Source: Octopus sinensis (Eukaryota). Taken from it: 64,000 bases of DNA. This document shows positions 1-12,248 of the stretch, piece after piece. Positions within the stretch are counted from its first letter, which is position 1; each line of letters starts with the position of its first letter. The notes under the pieces were generated by a model, which had not been told where the DNA came from, ran no database searches, and saw only the letters and a program-made list of their open reading frames with translations. The translations under genes and the position numbers were made by a program. The stretch is taken from positions 5,394,001-5,458,000 of the forward strand of contig NC_043016.1 in the NCBI RefSeq assembly GCF_006345805.1, in the 5' to 3' direction.

Positions 1-202
1 CGGAAAGGAAGAAAAGAGAAAGGAAAAAAAATAAATGTAAACAGGTTTGACCTTTTACTGACCATTAATGTCCTTTGTCTCCACCATCTGCTGAATCTAT
101 TTATAGACCCATAGAACATGACCTCTTTAACCAACTATTCCCCCACACAATGGCAGTAGTGGTGATGATTATTGGCTGTGACTACACATAAAACAATGTC
201 AT

Positions 203-278
203 TGATGATGATGATGGTGATGTTGATGATGATGATGATGGTGATGGTGGTGATGGTGATAGTAATAACAATAATAAC
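203..278. repeat. (GAT/GGT)n grading into TAA-like triplets, 5' flank of an R4/Dong-like element
   Basis: Direct reading: tgatgatgatg...ggtgatggt...taataacaataataac. Confidence 0.85.
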
Positions 279-279
279 T

Positions 280-3200
280 GACAGATCCCTTTTTTTTCTT
301 TTCTTTCTCCGTATTTATTCTCATTATTTCGAACTAATACAGGCAGAGTGAGCCTTTTATAAGTTTAAAAGAGGAAGGGAAAAGAGGGAAGGAAAAAGGG
401 GAAGAAGGAGATAGAGAGAAAGAGAGAGGAAACAAGGAAGAGAAAGAGAAAAAATGTTCGGAGATAAAACTATCAACAAAAAAAATACAGACGAATATAG
501 ATCTGCTAGTCTTAAAAAGCTGCGCTATGAGCAATGCTTACATGTAGAGAACCCTAAACTGACAGATCCATCTCCTAATATAAGAATGGAAGCTCGTCAT
601 GCTTCAATGTCAACAAATCAAACTATAAACCGCATTAGTCGTCGCGCGGATTACAAAAGACCACGTACCCGAAAATTGAACCAAATTCTGATTGAAAAAT
701 CAGCTACTGGATCAAATCTTCCCAACACACAGGAGCTGGACGTACCCCACAACCGGAATATTCTAAAAGATGGCCGTCCATGCTCGTCACCAAATAATCA
801 AAAGAAAAATAAGGAAAAATGGTCTAGGGAAGATAATAAAGAAGTTCTTGGGGCCTTCTACCATGCCATATATTTCCCCACAGATAAATCTAACACTGTA
901 CAAACATACTTAAACTGGAGAGAGAGAAACACCCTGAAGTAAGACCCTACATAGACAGTAACAAACTTGCCAACGTCAGAAGAAACATTATAAAAAAAAA
1001 TTACTGACTGAAGTAGAGATTGATCAAGTTAGACAAGCAATATCGGATAAAATGAACGAAGCTGCAGCTAGAGAAGATAATACAGAGGAAATAATTATAG
1101 ACCAGCCCAGAGCTGATAAAAACAGTAAGGATTGAAAGAGTTTGTATAAGTGATAGGCAAAGTGAAATACTCCCTGAACCAATCATAAACACTATGACAG
1201 ATGAACATCAAATAGATAAAGAAAGTCACACAAATATTGACCCAACAGAACTACATGAGCTCAAAAATCAAATCATGATTGAATGGCTGAAAATTAAAGA
1301 AACCAGCGTGGATGAACGTGATACACTCCCTAAAATCCGCAACTCTAACCAAAACATGAAAATAATTAGTAAAATCCGGATTGCACTTAGGGATATAATT
1401 TCAGCTAATGATGTTGATATCACAAATCTCAACGATCCTATGTGGGGTAAAGATTAGAAAACGGCAACATTCCCACAAAAAGCCTTCTTGGCAAGAGCGT
1501 TTGCAACAACAAATTAAACTATTTAGATCTGATATTGAATATTTGAAAAACATTAAGGTTCACAAGACTACCAAACCTACAAGAACCACAAAATTGCTGA
1601 AAAAAATACAATATGAAAACTATACTTGATATTAATGCCACCATAGAAACCATCAAACAAAAGGTATCTGCCAAAGCTGCCCGCATAGCGAGGTATGAAA
1701 AGCGTGTTAGATTTTTCAAGGACAACATGTTCAAAAATAACCCCAAGAATTTTGACAGGAAGATAGGAAAAATAGCGTTTACTGCAAGGTCTGTACCATC
1801 AAAAGAAGAAGTGCAGGGATTTGGGAATAAAATTTGGGCAGAAAAAAAAACACAACGAAAAGGCCCCCTGGATTGACAGAATATCTACAGAACTGGACCC
1901 CTTAGAAGAGCAAAAGTGAGAGGGTGTCAAGGTAGAAGATACAAGATCTGCTCTCAGGAGGTCAAGCAAATGGAAGTCTCCAGGAAAGGATAAAATTCCT
2001 AACTTCTGGCTGAATGCCTTCCCAGAGAGCCATGAACTGCTAACAGAACTGTACAATGATGTTTTGCAACACCCTTCCTGGCTAGTTAATGGGTTAACAT
2101 TCCTGCTTCCAAAAAGTGAAGAAACAAATGAACCAAAAATCTATAGACCCATAACCTGCTTAACAACTATGTACAAAACGCTAACATCTGTCCTGACGGA
2201 ATATACTTATAGTTTTTTTAACAGACAGCAGCATATTCCCTAATGTAAACATGGATCCTACGGCTGTAAAGATCAACTACTCATCAATAAGATGATCTTA
2301 GAAGATTGTCACAAACGACACAAAAACTTATCAATAGCTTGGATAGACTATAAAAAGGCTTTTGATAGCCTACCACATAGCTAGATTAGGAAATGCCTGG
2401 AAATATATAAGATAGCACCTACTCTGTGAAACTTTTTGTCTGTAAGTATGAAATCATAGAGAACCACACTAACTTTGAACAGTGACAATGAATCCCTAAA
2501 TGCTGGTGATGTAAAAATTTCATGTGGCATTTTCCAGGGTGACTCACTGTCACCACTCCTCTTTTGTTTAGCTTTAATATTTCTCTCAAAATTGCTCAAT
2601 GACGCGCAGTACGGGTATAAAATGTTTGATAAAATATAAATCATCTCATTTACATGGATGATTTAAAGCTTTTTGCAAAAAATGACCAACAACTCAAGGG
2701 CTTACTAGCGATAGTCAAACAATTCCGTGACGACATCAGAATGCAATTCGGCCTCGATAAATATGCAAAAGCTACCTTTATCAAAGGAAAAATGACAGAA
2801 ACATCTAACGTTAATCTTGACCAACAGAATGTCATAAAAGAACTAGACCCAGCGGAGAGCTACAAGTACCTAGGGGTAATTGAAGAGAACGGAATAAGGC
2901 ATTCAGAGATGAAAGAAAGGATCAGGAGAGAATGTTATCGAAGAGTGAGAGCAATACTCAAGACAGAGCTGAATGCAAGAAACAGGATCGAAGCGATCAA
3001 TGCATTAGCCATACCAGTCGTGACTTACAGTTTCATTATCGTTAACTGGTCAATTACTGAAATATGTCAGCTCGACAGAAAAATAAGAAAACTGTTCACA
3101 ATGCATAGAATGCACCACCCTAAGACAGATACAGAACGACTTTATCTGCCAAGAAAAGAGGGAGGCCGTGGTCTTTTACAACTGGCAATAACAATGAAGA

Positions 3201-4385
3201 TTGCTACAATTGGCCTAGACACCTACCTGAAAAACTCTGAGGATTGGATTTTAAAACTTGTCTCAAAACATGAAAACAAGAAAGCATCATACTCAGTAAC
3301 AAAACAGGTAACGGAATATCTAAGTGAATTCCGAATACAACAAATTTCGGAATTAGACATACAAGAAACAAGCACAGAAAAGCTAAGCGCATGAAAACCG
3401 TGCTAAAACTGCGGCCTTAGATATTCTGTATGATAAATGGCAAGAAAAACCTCTCTACGGCAAATACCCAAAGAGAGCGAATAATACAGATGTTGGCAAA
3501 GCCCTGACTGGCATCTGGCTTAAAATCTGAAACAGAAGGGTTTATCATAGCAGCTCAAGATCAATGCCTACCTACAAGGAACTACCAGGCCAACATATTA
3601 AAGAACGGCAGTAGCCCAACATGTCGTGAATGTCAACAACAAAATGAAACCATTGATCATGTTGTCTCCAAGTGCAGTCTTCTTGCGCCTACAGAGTATC
3701 TCAACAGGCATGATAGAGCTGCACAATATATTCACTGGTTCATCAATTTTCAAAAGCCTGGACTTGCCCCATGAAAAAAACTGGTGGGAACACAAACCAC
3801 CCCCAGTGCTTGAAAATGATCATATCTCACTCCTCTGGAACTTCACCATTCAAACTGACAGAAAGATAGACGCGAATAGGCCAGACATCATATTGAAAGA
3901 CTTCAGACAAAGAACATGCCTCCTCATTGATATGACTGTCCCAATCGATATAAACGTATCGGTCAAGACCTACCAAAAACTGAGCAAATATAAAGATCTT
4001 GAAACAGAAATTAGCAAAATGTGAAACCAGAAGACTAAAACAATAACTGTTGTCATAGGTGCCCCTGGAAATGTCAGCAAAAGGGGCTGATAGCTACCTA
4101 ACTCAGATACCAGGAAACCCCAAAATGGCAGAAATTCAAAAGATAGTGCTCATGGGAACTGCTCATACCCTACGCAAAATACTTTCTATGTAGTCGCAAG
4201 TTTTAAAACAAACACAATTTTCGTATGGTTTTTTTAGACATTCACTAGTACAACACTAAGTACAAAACCAAATATATGGCACCCTAGGTATAACACCAAC
4301 ATGAACTTCCAACCTGTTGTCTCTTGAGGTCTCTGGGTGAGACTTGGAGCCAACTTGTACAAATGTAAAGCAAAAGTCAAACATA

Positions 4386-4386
<1 letters not shown>
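280..4386 (+). mobile_element. R4/Dong-like RLE non-LTR retrotransposon (D1), near full-length, decayed single ORF
   Basis: Across frameshifts: N-terminal KWSREDNKEVLGAFYHA; RT motifs [46 protein letters not shown]; C-terminal CRECQ..ETIDHVVSKC..RHD, NRPDIILKD, LLIDMTVP, KLSKYKDLETEI; stop ~4193, 3'UTR, then (TAA)n. The 5' boundary is approximate. Confidence 0.9.
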
Positions 4387-4433
<47 letters not shown>

Positions 4434-4494
4434 CAACAATAATTACAATAACAATAACAATAACAAGAACAATAATAATAATAATAATGATGAT

Positions 4495-4529
<35 letters not shown>

Positions 4530-4536
4530 AATAATG

Positions 4537-4601
<65 letters not shown>
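4387..4601. repeat. Compound (TAA)n/(CAA)n/(TGA)n microsatellite, 3' tail or target of D1
   Basis: Direct reading. Confidence 0.95.
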
Positions 4602-4603
<2 letters not shown>

Positions 4604-4605
4604 TT

Positions 4606-5075
4606 GTCCTGATGCCCTACCAGGCAGTGGCTCTCATGGCTTCTGATCTTAACTGATTGGAAGTGTTATCATGTACATTGATTTGTCTTGGTATAAAAAG
4701 ATGGGCTACAGCAAATATTCTGCTCAATACCACAGATTTGCTTGTCAGTTGTTTGACCTTAACCAGTTGGGCATGTCCCTTAGTGGCTGACGATATGTGC
4801 ATCTCTGACCACGAGCAGAAGTAGTGGGGGGAGCATCATAGCCATATGTTGAGAGGAATTCTTTGAGGTTTCGATAATTCACCTCTAGAAACATGGGTGT
4901 TTCGTTCAACATCCTTAAACAACCCTTATTCAGGGACTTTTTGAGCGGGATGGACTACTTGACCTGAAGAAAATTCTAACTGGACCCCCACCTGCAAGGT
5001 GATGTGCTGTTTATCTTGATATGAGATCACCTTGTCGCATCCATTTGTTGTCATGCGTGTGCCTAGTATACCTTT
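4606..5075. repeat. Unclassified interspersed repeat U, copy 1
   Basis: Aligns by eye with 22722-23235 and 61655-61825 (e.g. gcaaatattctgctcaataccac, gcagaagtagtgggggagcatca). Confidence 0.8.
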
Positions 5076-7240
5076 AGGCCGATGACGACAAAGTCTGTGT
5101 TCTCAGCCTTGAGAGATCATGTTACTCCGCAGTCCACGAGCTAGAGGCGCACAACCGCTCACTGGTGTCACAGCGATTTTCTGTTGAATTAAGGCGGGTG
5201 CTGCTCAGTGACGTCTTTCTCTTGCAGCATCGAGGCACTATTTGAGGTTACTTTTCAGAGTGTCTTTGTACCTCAGTTTAGGTCTTGCTCGATTGCATAA
5301 GCCCTGCGTGATCTCGCCGTACAACAGCTGTCCGGGTAAACGGTTGTCAATCATTCTAATGACCTGGTCAGTTCAGCGTAACTGAACCTTCAACAACATT
5401 AACACAATGCTTGTTGAATAAGCTCTGACTAGTTATTTTGAGTTTGTCAAACTATCCTTCCAGCAAATGCCCATGATCCTGCACAGTGCTCTTGTGTAAA
5501 ATTCTTCCAGCTGTTTGATGAGCCGACGGTATGGTGTCTATGTTTGACATCCATAGAGTAGTGTAGAAACGACTACAGCTTTGTAAATCTTGACCTTTGT
5601 CGATAGTCTAATGCCTTTTTGATGGAGGACTTTCACTTTCAGTCTTCCAAGTGCTTGGCTGGCCTTGTGGATTTGGATAAAATTTCGCTGTCCAATAATC
5701 CATCAGCTGAGATTGTGCTGCCAGGGCACCTGAAACTACCAACACACTTAAGCTAGACTCCTTCGATGGTGATGTCTGGCTGGGAGTGAATTGTGCTTGG
5801 GGCTGTTTGATCTAGGACCTATATTTTCTCAAGTCTGTCGGTCAGTCCAAAGAGCTTTAATGCTTCTGCAAAATGATCAACAATGGACTTCATATGATTT
5901 TCTTTGTGTTCCGCAGCGGCGCAGTCAACTGCAATTAGAGCTTCACTTATATGCTTTTCCACTGTCTTGATTCGAGCAGAGAGTCGGCAAAGGTCATAAA
6001 CAGAGCTGTCCGAGCGATATTTGATGTATATGCTCAGGTCAAGGTCTCTCATTGTGTGAAATAGGACCTGTGTGAAGAACAAGCTGAACAATACGGAGGC
6101 GAGTAGACAGCCCTGTTTCACGCCATTGGAAATGTTGAGAGTTGGTGCAGTTACCATTGCAATGAACTTGACCGGTCATATTGTCATGAAAGAGTTTTAT
6201 CAAGGTGGTGAACTTGTGGGGGTTAAAGGTATTTGCTGCAATGCTTCCTAGTCGACAGTGGAGAGCCGGTTTAGGAGTTGGTTGAAGTGCTCTTCCCATC
6301 TTGCCTTGATTCCTTCTTTATCTTTGATAATTGTTGAGTCATCAGCAGATATCGACGGGATTGCTCCACTTCGTGGAGGACCGTAAATGGCCTTGATGGT
6401 ATGGTACATTATCTTGGAGTTGTTGGTGTCAGCGTAGAGCTGCACTTCTTCAGCTTTCCGCCCGCACCATCTGTCTTGCATGCTGCTAAGGGCCCTCTGG
6501 ACTCCAGGCTCTGGTCTGTCGCGCCGTGAGGGGCAGTTTGAGTAGTTCTTCCAATCAGTGTAAGCCTTTCTCATATGTTTTTATGATGACTTCTTTGAAC
6601 TGATTCTATTTCCGCTCTGGTCCACCAGTTAGTGGTCCTATCTTCTCGAACTTGTCATCAAGGCTGAACTGAAACCCCTGCTTGTATTTGACTGACTGTG
6701 TTGAAGGCTCGTCTAATGAGCTTTGCACGCATGTGATGCTGGGGATCTATGCGGATGTTGAGTGTGGCTCTTATGAGTCTGTGGTCCGTCCAGTACTCTG
6801 CTCCACGCGCTGATTCGGTGATAAGGACGTCACTATTGTCACGCTGTAACCAATAAGATGCCAATGTTTTGAGCGCGGATGCATCCATGTTGTTTCATAT
6901 TTATCAGCCTGCCGCAAGATGATGTCTGTAATCAGCAGGTTGTGCTCAGCGCATGTTATCAGCAAAAGAAGGCCATTTCTATTCATCTTCCCAATACCAT
7001 CCTTCACTATAACTCCTCTCCACTGCTCCTCGTCTCTACCGACTCTGGCGTTGAAGTCGCCTAGTATTACAAGCTTGTCGGTAGCAGGTATGGCGGCATA
7101 GAACTGCTCTCTGATCTTTTCTGTGCACGTCATTCTGTGCACGATCATGGTGGTGATGAATCGTTTGTCGCTGGCAGGGAGGTGAGGTTTCATAAGCCTT
7201 TCATCTACACCAGTGGAAAATTTTGAAAGTCTGCTCTTTA
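5076..7240 (-). mobile_element. RTE (BovB-like) LINE, 5'-truncated, internally deleted and decayed
   Basis: APE motifs LVILGDFNARVG, GKMNRNGLLLL, TWMHPRSKHWHL, TDHRLIR; RT motif GVKQGCLLASVLFSLF and a decayed ADD region (AVDCA), FGL. Confidence 0.85.
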
Positions 7241-8615
7241 CATGGTAGTGAAGAATCTATTATCAAAAGACACTTAAAACTCTTTGCGCAGCTTTCAGAA
7301 ATATCTATTTGGAAAAGATGACCGTCTCTGAAGAGGGAGAAAGAGACATTCGTAACGTGATCGAAATGGAAGCACAAACGTAAACAAAATACAGGAAATG
7401 TTCAAACTTAAGGAGTTACGTTTATGAAACAATAGCGTACACGGAATTGTCAATTTAAATAGAAAAAAAATTGACAAAATGTAACGCCAACAGCAGTATT
7501 CCATCGTTTACTGATGTCGTTGAAGAACGGGAGCGATTTGACTTGAAAGAGTTCAAAGAAGAATAAACCCAAAGGGTGAGATATGTGACAAAGGCCAGTA
7601 ACACCTTGCTCGACGAAATTATCCAGAAAATGGAAAAAAGAAATGTGATTTATCTGTTTAAAAACGTTTAAAAACGGCAAGTGACTTTTCATGCTAGCGA
7701 AGGATGGAGAGACACTGATGGATGCGTGACAGGTCAAGGACGCGTGACAGGTCAGGATGAGTGACAGGTCATGTGACCTATCACACACGTGATCGTGATA
7801 GAACATATGGAAACGAATACTTTGTTATCTTAAAATAGAGAAGGGCACAATAAAAGAGATATTCCTCTCGTAGCCTTGTTCTAGAATACGTGGTTCTCAG
7901 AAATATCGAAATCAGGTAAAAAAAACTTTGAGGCGGACATCGATAGTTGCCATGTTACCACTTCGGTACAGCACTGAGAATGTGGAGTGAGCAGAAGAGT
8001 ATCTAACAACAGCATTAGTTCTGATAGACATCCGTATCTTAATGATCCCGAAGATCACAAGATCATTCTGGATCTGTACTCTATCGAGGGAACAGGAAGA
8101 AAATAAATCGGATTAGTGTTGCAGAGAAGAAAGCTCAGTTACAAAATGTAAGGTTATAAAAGTTACTTGAGGTGACCTTTACAAGCTCACATATAGCAAC
8201 GGGAGATGTAGAAGACAGAAGCAACAATAGCAGGACCCAGAAATTAGGATCTTGTCTGTTACTACTACTGATTGTTGAACCTTAGATCTCGCTCCAGAAA
8301 TAACCGAAGTGGTAACAAGTGAAATTGCTTCCTCGTTTATAAGACAAGCACCAAGTTCTAGCAACAACCAAGAGACCGAGGGTTCTCCTTATCCGGTTAG
8401 ATACTACGAGCAGCTGTACCACTCCCAAATGTGTGATGATGTGACGGGAATAGAGATAGTAGAAAGACTGGAAACTACTACAAAGAAAAGAAAGAAGGCA
8501 GAATATTAAATATTAAAGAATTAAATTGACTAAATCAAATACAATAGCAATAAATAAATCTGTGTGTGAAACATCTTAATATAACTGAACATTACATTAA
8601 GGAGTGAAACGTACA
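7241..8615 (+). other. Unassigned non-repetitive, decayed coding-like segment
   Basis: Broken + strand reading frames ending ...LETTTKKRKKAEY* (8509), followed by AATAAA; no motif I recognise. Confidence 0.3.
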
Positions 8616-8629
8616 GTTTTCTGTAAGTC

Positions 8630-9125
8630 AGATCACCTTATGGTCCCAGCAGACAAAATGGAAAAAGCATTGCCCTGGAAGATTGGGTGGGGGATGCACT
8701 AGAACAGCCACTCTGATTCACGGGGCTCATACTTACGGACAGCCATCTCCACCTCGATAGCAGTGAGCAGGTATATAGTCCAGATGCTGAGAACACCAGA
8801 GGTCTCCACTGCACAGGGTCGATCATAAACCTGTCAGAAAGCAACCGTTACCTTGACAATTTGCTTTTCTTAGCCCGATGAGGGGTCCACTACCATGGAA
8901 CAGGAAAATTGTCATACCATCAGGCTTTTAATCGTCCCTTCAGTCAAGTTCGGCTGGCATGAGCTGGGAAGGAAACCTGCAGCATCAAGATATGTTTTAT
9001 GATTTCGTTAAGGACAGCATGGCGCGGAAGGTGTCCAACACTATGACGGCATGACAGTGGATGAAGGCTGAGCCCAAGCAAAAGACAGACGAGAGGTTGA
9101 TAGTCAACAGAATGCCTCAGTTTCG
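8630..9125 (-). mobile_element. CRE-clade RLE non-LTR retrotransposon, 3' fragment
   Basis: Across frameshifts: GLSLHPLSCRHSVGHLPRHAVLNEIIKHIL, KPDGMTIF (RPDG motif), LSDRFMIDP-AVETSGVL, QGNAFSILSA, matching the CRE-type C-terminus. Confidence 0.7.
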
Positions 9126-9403
9126 GTAATCCATAACTTACTTTGATAGTTACCTAAAATATAAGAAACCAAATATTCCACTGTTCGGGTGAACGAATGC
9201 CAGGCACCCTCAGATGATAGATATTTGATAACGGCCAAAACAATAGTCTATCGATCACTGAGAGAAAAAGCCGAAAGCCTATACATTAACAGTGGTTCGT
9301 ATTGTACATACACGTTTTAATATATACATATATATGTATATTATATATATATATATATATATATTTAAAAAAGGAGATGTGGAACACGAGTTGTGATATA
9401 TAA

Positions 9404-9705
9404 AAAAAGGAAATGAAGAAAATGCTGACAAAATAATTTAAGTAAGGGAGAGTGTATTTAATTAGGTGAAAGTTCTTTTTACCGGTTGCGCATTTGTTAT
9501 GCTTATCAAAAGATATTTTTAAGAGAGATAGAGTTCCTTTCTGATAGATTGAGAAAAAATCTATCAGAAAGGAACTCTATCTCTCTTAAAAAATATCTTT
9601 TGATAAGCATAACAAATGCGCAACCGGTAAAAAGAACTTTCACCTAATTAAATACACTCTCCCTTACTTAAATTATTTTGTCAGCATTTTCTTCATTTCC
9701 TTTTT
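9404..9705. repeat. Near-perfect fold-back: 147/148-bp arms and a 7-nt loop
   Basis: 9404-9550 is the reverse complement of 9558-9705 except one homopolymer indel; loop gagaaaa; (TA)n on both sides. Confidence 0.97.
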
Positions 9706-9710
9706 ATATA

Positions 9711-9990
9711 TATATATAATAGTAGGGAATATAATTCCAAACTTACAAGAAAAAATTCAATTTAGCAATTCTAATCAAATTTCACAAAATATGATATATG
9801 TATATAATTTAGAGAAAAACCTCTATTAAGCAATTCAATAGTGAAAGACGTTATTCACGCCATATGGAAAAAATTAAATAAACTATAAAAAACATTATTC
9901 TAAAAATCAATAAAGTACATAAACAATAAATAGTAAATTGATGTACTTTATTGATTTTTAGAAAAATGTTTTCTATAGTATATTTATTTA
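9711..9990. mobile_element. AT-rich recurrent repeat, probably a Penelope-like terminal piece
   Basis: Homologous segments occur in reverse orientation at 10594-10665 and ~55540-55685, with similar pieces at ~20150-20230 and ~51700. The Penelope assignment is inference. Confidence 0.5.
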
Positions 9991-9997
9991 TAGTATA

Positions 9998-10225
9998 CTT
10001 TTTACTTGTTTCAGTCATTTGACTGTGGCCATGCTGGAGCACCGGCTTTAGTCGAGCACATCGACCCCAGGACTTATTCTCTGTAAGCCTAGTACTTATT
10101 CTATCGGTCTATTTTGCCGAACCGCTAAGTTACAGGGACGTAAACACACCAGCATCGGTTGTCAAGCGATGTTGGAGGGACAAACACAGACACACAAACA
10201 TATGCAGACACACAAACATATGCAG

Positions 10226-10297
<72 letters not shown>

Positions 10298-10342
10298 GTT
10301 TAAATATTTGGCTAAACTGGCAATATGACCATTCCGAAATAT

Positions 10343-10377
<35 letters not shown>

Positions 10378-10551
10378 TATATATATATATATACATACGA
10401 CGGGCTTCTTTCAGTCTCCGTCTAACAAATCCATTCACAAGGCCGAGGCTATTGTAGAAGACACTTGCCCAATGTGCCACGCAGTGGGACTGAACCCGGA
10501 ACCATTTGGTTTGTAAGCAAGATACTTACTACAGAGCCACTCCTACGCCTA
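9998..10551 (-). mobile_element. tRNA-derived SINE family A (tRNA head + CORE-like body + internal microsatellite + tail)
   Basis: Head with A-box-like gtggct(g/c)tgt(g/a)g and B-box ggttcagtccc; tail ...tgactgaaacaagtaaaa; at least 8 copies in the window. Confidence 0.85.
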
Positions 10552-10897
10552 TATATATTTATTACTTATATTATTTATATATTATTTATATTATATTTAA
10601 TTTTTCCTATATGGTGTGAATAACGTCTTTCACTATTGAATTGCTTAATAAAGGTTTTTCCCTAAATCTCTATATTATAATTTTGAAATGCGAAAAGTTT
10701 GTCTGGTTTTGGCATTGGAACGGGTTAAGGGGCACTAGATGGGGTCGGATTGACTCCAAAATTTACAGGGACATGTAAAATGAGGTGAGGATGAGAGTGG
10801 GCTACGTTAGAAATCCCTATCTCAAAAGGTGTGGTTGCTAGGGCAAAAAACGCACACTTTGACAAGTCTACTCTCAATCTATTATCTTCCAGTCTTC

Positions 10898-10932
<35 letters not shown>

Positions 10933-10933
<1 letters not shown>

Positions 10934-11314
10934 TCCCTTCCTTTCACTTTCTCTCTATAACGTCGTTTGATAGCGTCTACTATCTTTCCTCCGTCGCCTT
11001 CAATATTTTTACGCTTTTTAAACCCTTCGTCGTTATTCTTATTCACTCATTATTACTTTCGCTCTCCCCTCTCTCTCTATCTATATATAGAGAGAAAGAT
11101 TCTCATGATTGTGTTGTGGTTGTGGCGATGATAAATCTCTCTATGAATGCAGACAGACGTAGAGAGAGAGAGAGTGACAGCGCTGGCGAAGGCAGCGGAG
11201 GAAAGATAGTAGACGCTATCAAACGACGTTATAGAGAGAAAGTGAAAAGAAGGGAGAAAGTAATAATGAGTGAATGAGAATAACGACGAAGGGTTTAAAA
11301 AGCATAAAAATATT
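10933..11314. repeat. Two-block inverted duplication in A-B...A'-B' order
   Basis: A 10933-11001 = rc of 11188-11256 (3 mismatches); B 11002-11060 = rc of 11256-11314 (2 mismatches). Confidence 0.92.
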
Positions 11315-11355
11315 TTCTTTCTCAACTTACTCAAGATCTTTTGTTGTTTATAAAT

Positions 11356-11356
<1 letters not shown>

Positions 11357-11397
<41 letters not shown>

Positions 11398-11421
11398 TAC
11401 ATACATACATACATACATACA

Positions 11422-11451
<30 letters not shown>
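11357..11451. repeat. (GA)n followed by (TACA)n
   Basis: Direct reading. Confidence 0.95.
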
Positions 11452-11452
<1 letters not shown>

Positions 11453-11945
11453 GACTAAATACCAATCTTGAGAAATTAGGTTTCTCAAAACCAGAAAAGA
11501 GAAAGTTAATTCGAAGACTACAGATCCAATCCATCACTGGAACTGTGAAAATCTGTAAAACTTTCCAGAAGTTTATCAATTAAGCATATCTAGATATGCA
11601 ACTATATGCATGAGAATCCATACATAAAACAAAACATACAAATTTGCTCATATATTTACATACATACATACATAAAAACAAAAATACTCTGCTGTTGATC
11701 TTGAAATTCCAATGAAGGGATCTAAATAAGAAACCAGGTCCTCTATTGGCAAGAAATCTTGAAATATACATATAGATGTAGATACTTAATGTACAATACA
11801 TGAATTCATATAAACCAGTAGCAATCTAATCACAACAAAGCTTCTTTACTGGACCCGGCTACAAACAGTATTGTAGAGCCATATGCATTTGGAATCCAGT
11901 AAGTCAAATCAATGAAAATATTTCGTGCGGAGTATATAGAATATC

Positions 11946-12248
11946 GGAGGCGTAATGGCCCAGTGCTTAGGGCAGCGAACTCGCGGTCGGAGGATCGCGG
12001 TTTCGATTCTCACACCGGGCGTTGTGTGTGTTTATTGAGCGAAAACACCTAAAGCTCCACGAGGCTCCGGCAGGGGGGTGGCGATCCCTGCTGTACTCTT
12101 TCGCCACAGCTTTCTCTCACTCTTTCTTCTGTTGGCCTGCTCGCTTAACCAGCGGGGTGGCGTCATTTGAAGGCTAAAACAATGTGAAACGCATTGTGAC
12201 CAGCGATGTGTAGCAACATCTGATAGCCATGTCGGTCACGGTGACGGT
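11946..12248 (+). mobile_element. tRNA-derived SINE family B
   Basis: Head ggaggcgtaatggcccagtgcttagggcagcg...ggtttcgattctc (A/B boxes), followed by a non-tRNA body. Confidence 0.75.

Noticed and set aside
9205-9255. cagatga...aaaacaatagtc (and a similar motif near 12290-12330) as hammerheads
   Set aside because: Both conserved boxes are mutated and there are no convincing stems.
11846-11901. Hairpin ttactgga...tccagtaa as a pre-miRNA
   Set aside because: Large asymmetric bulges; the stem is too short.
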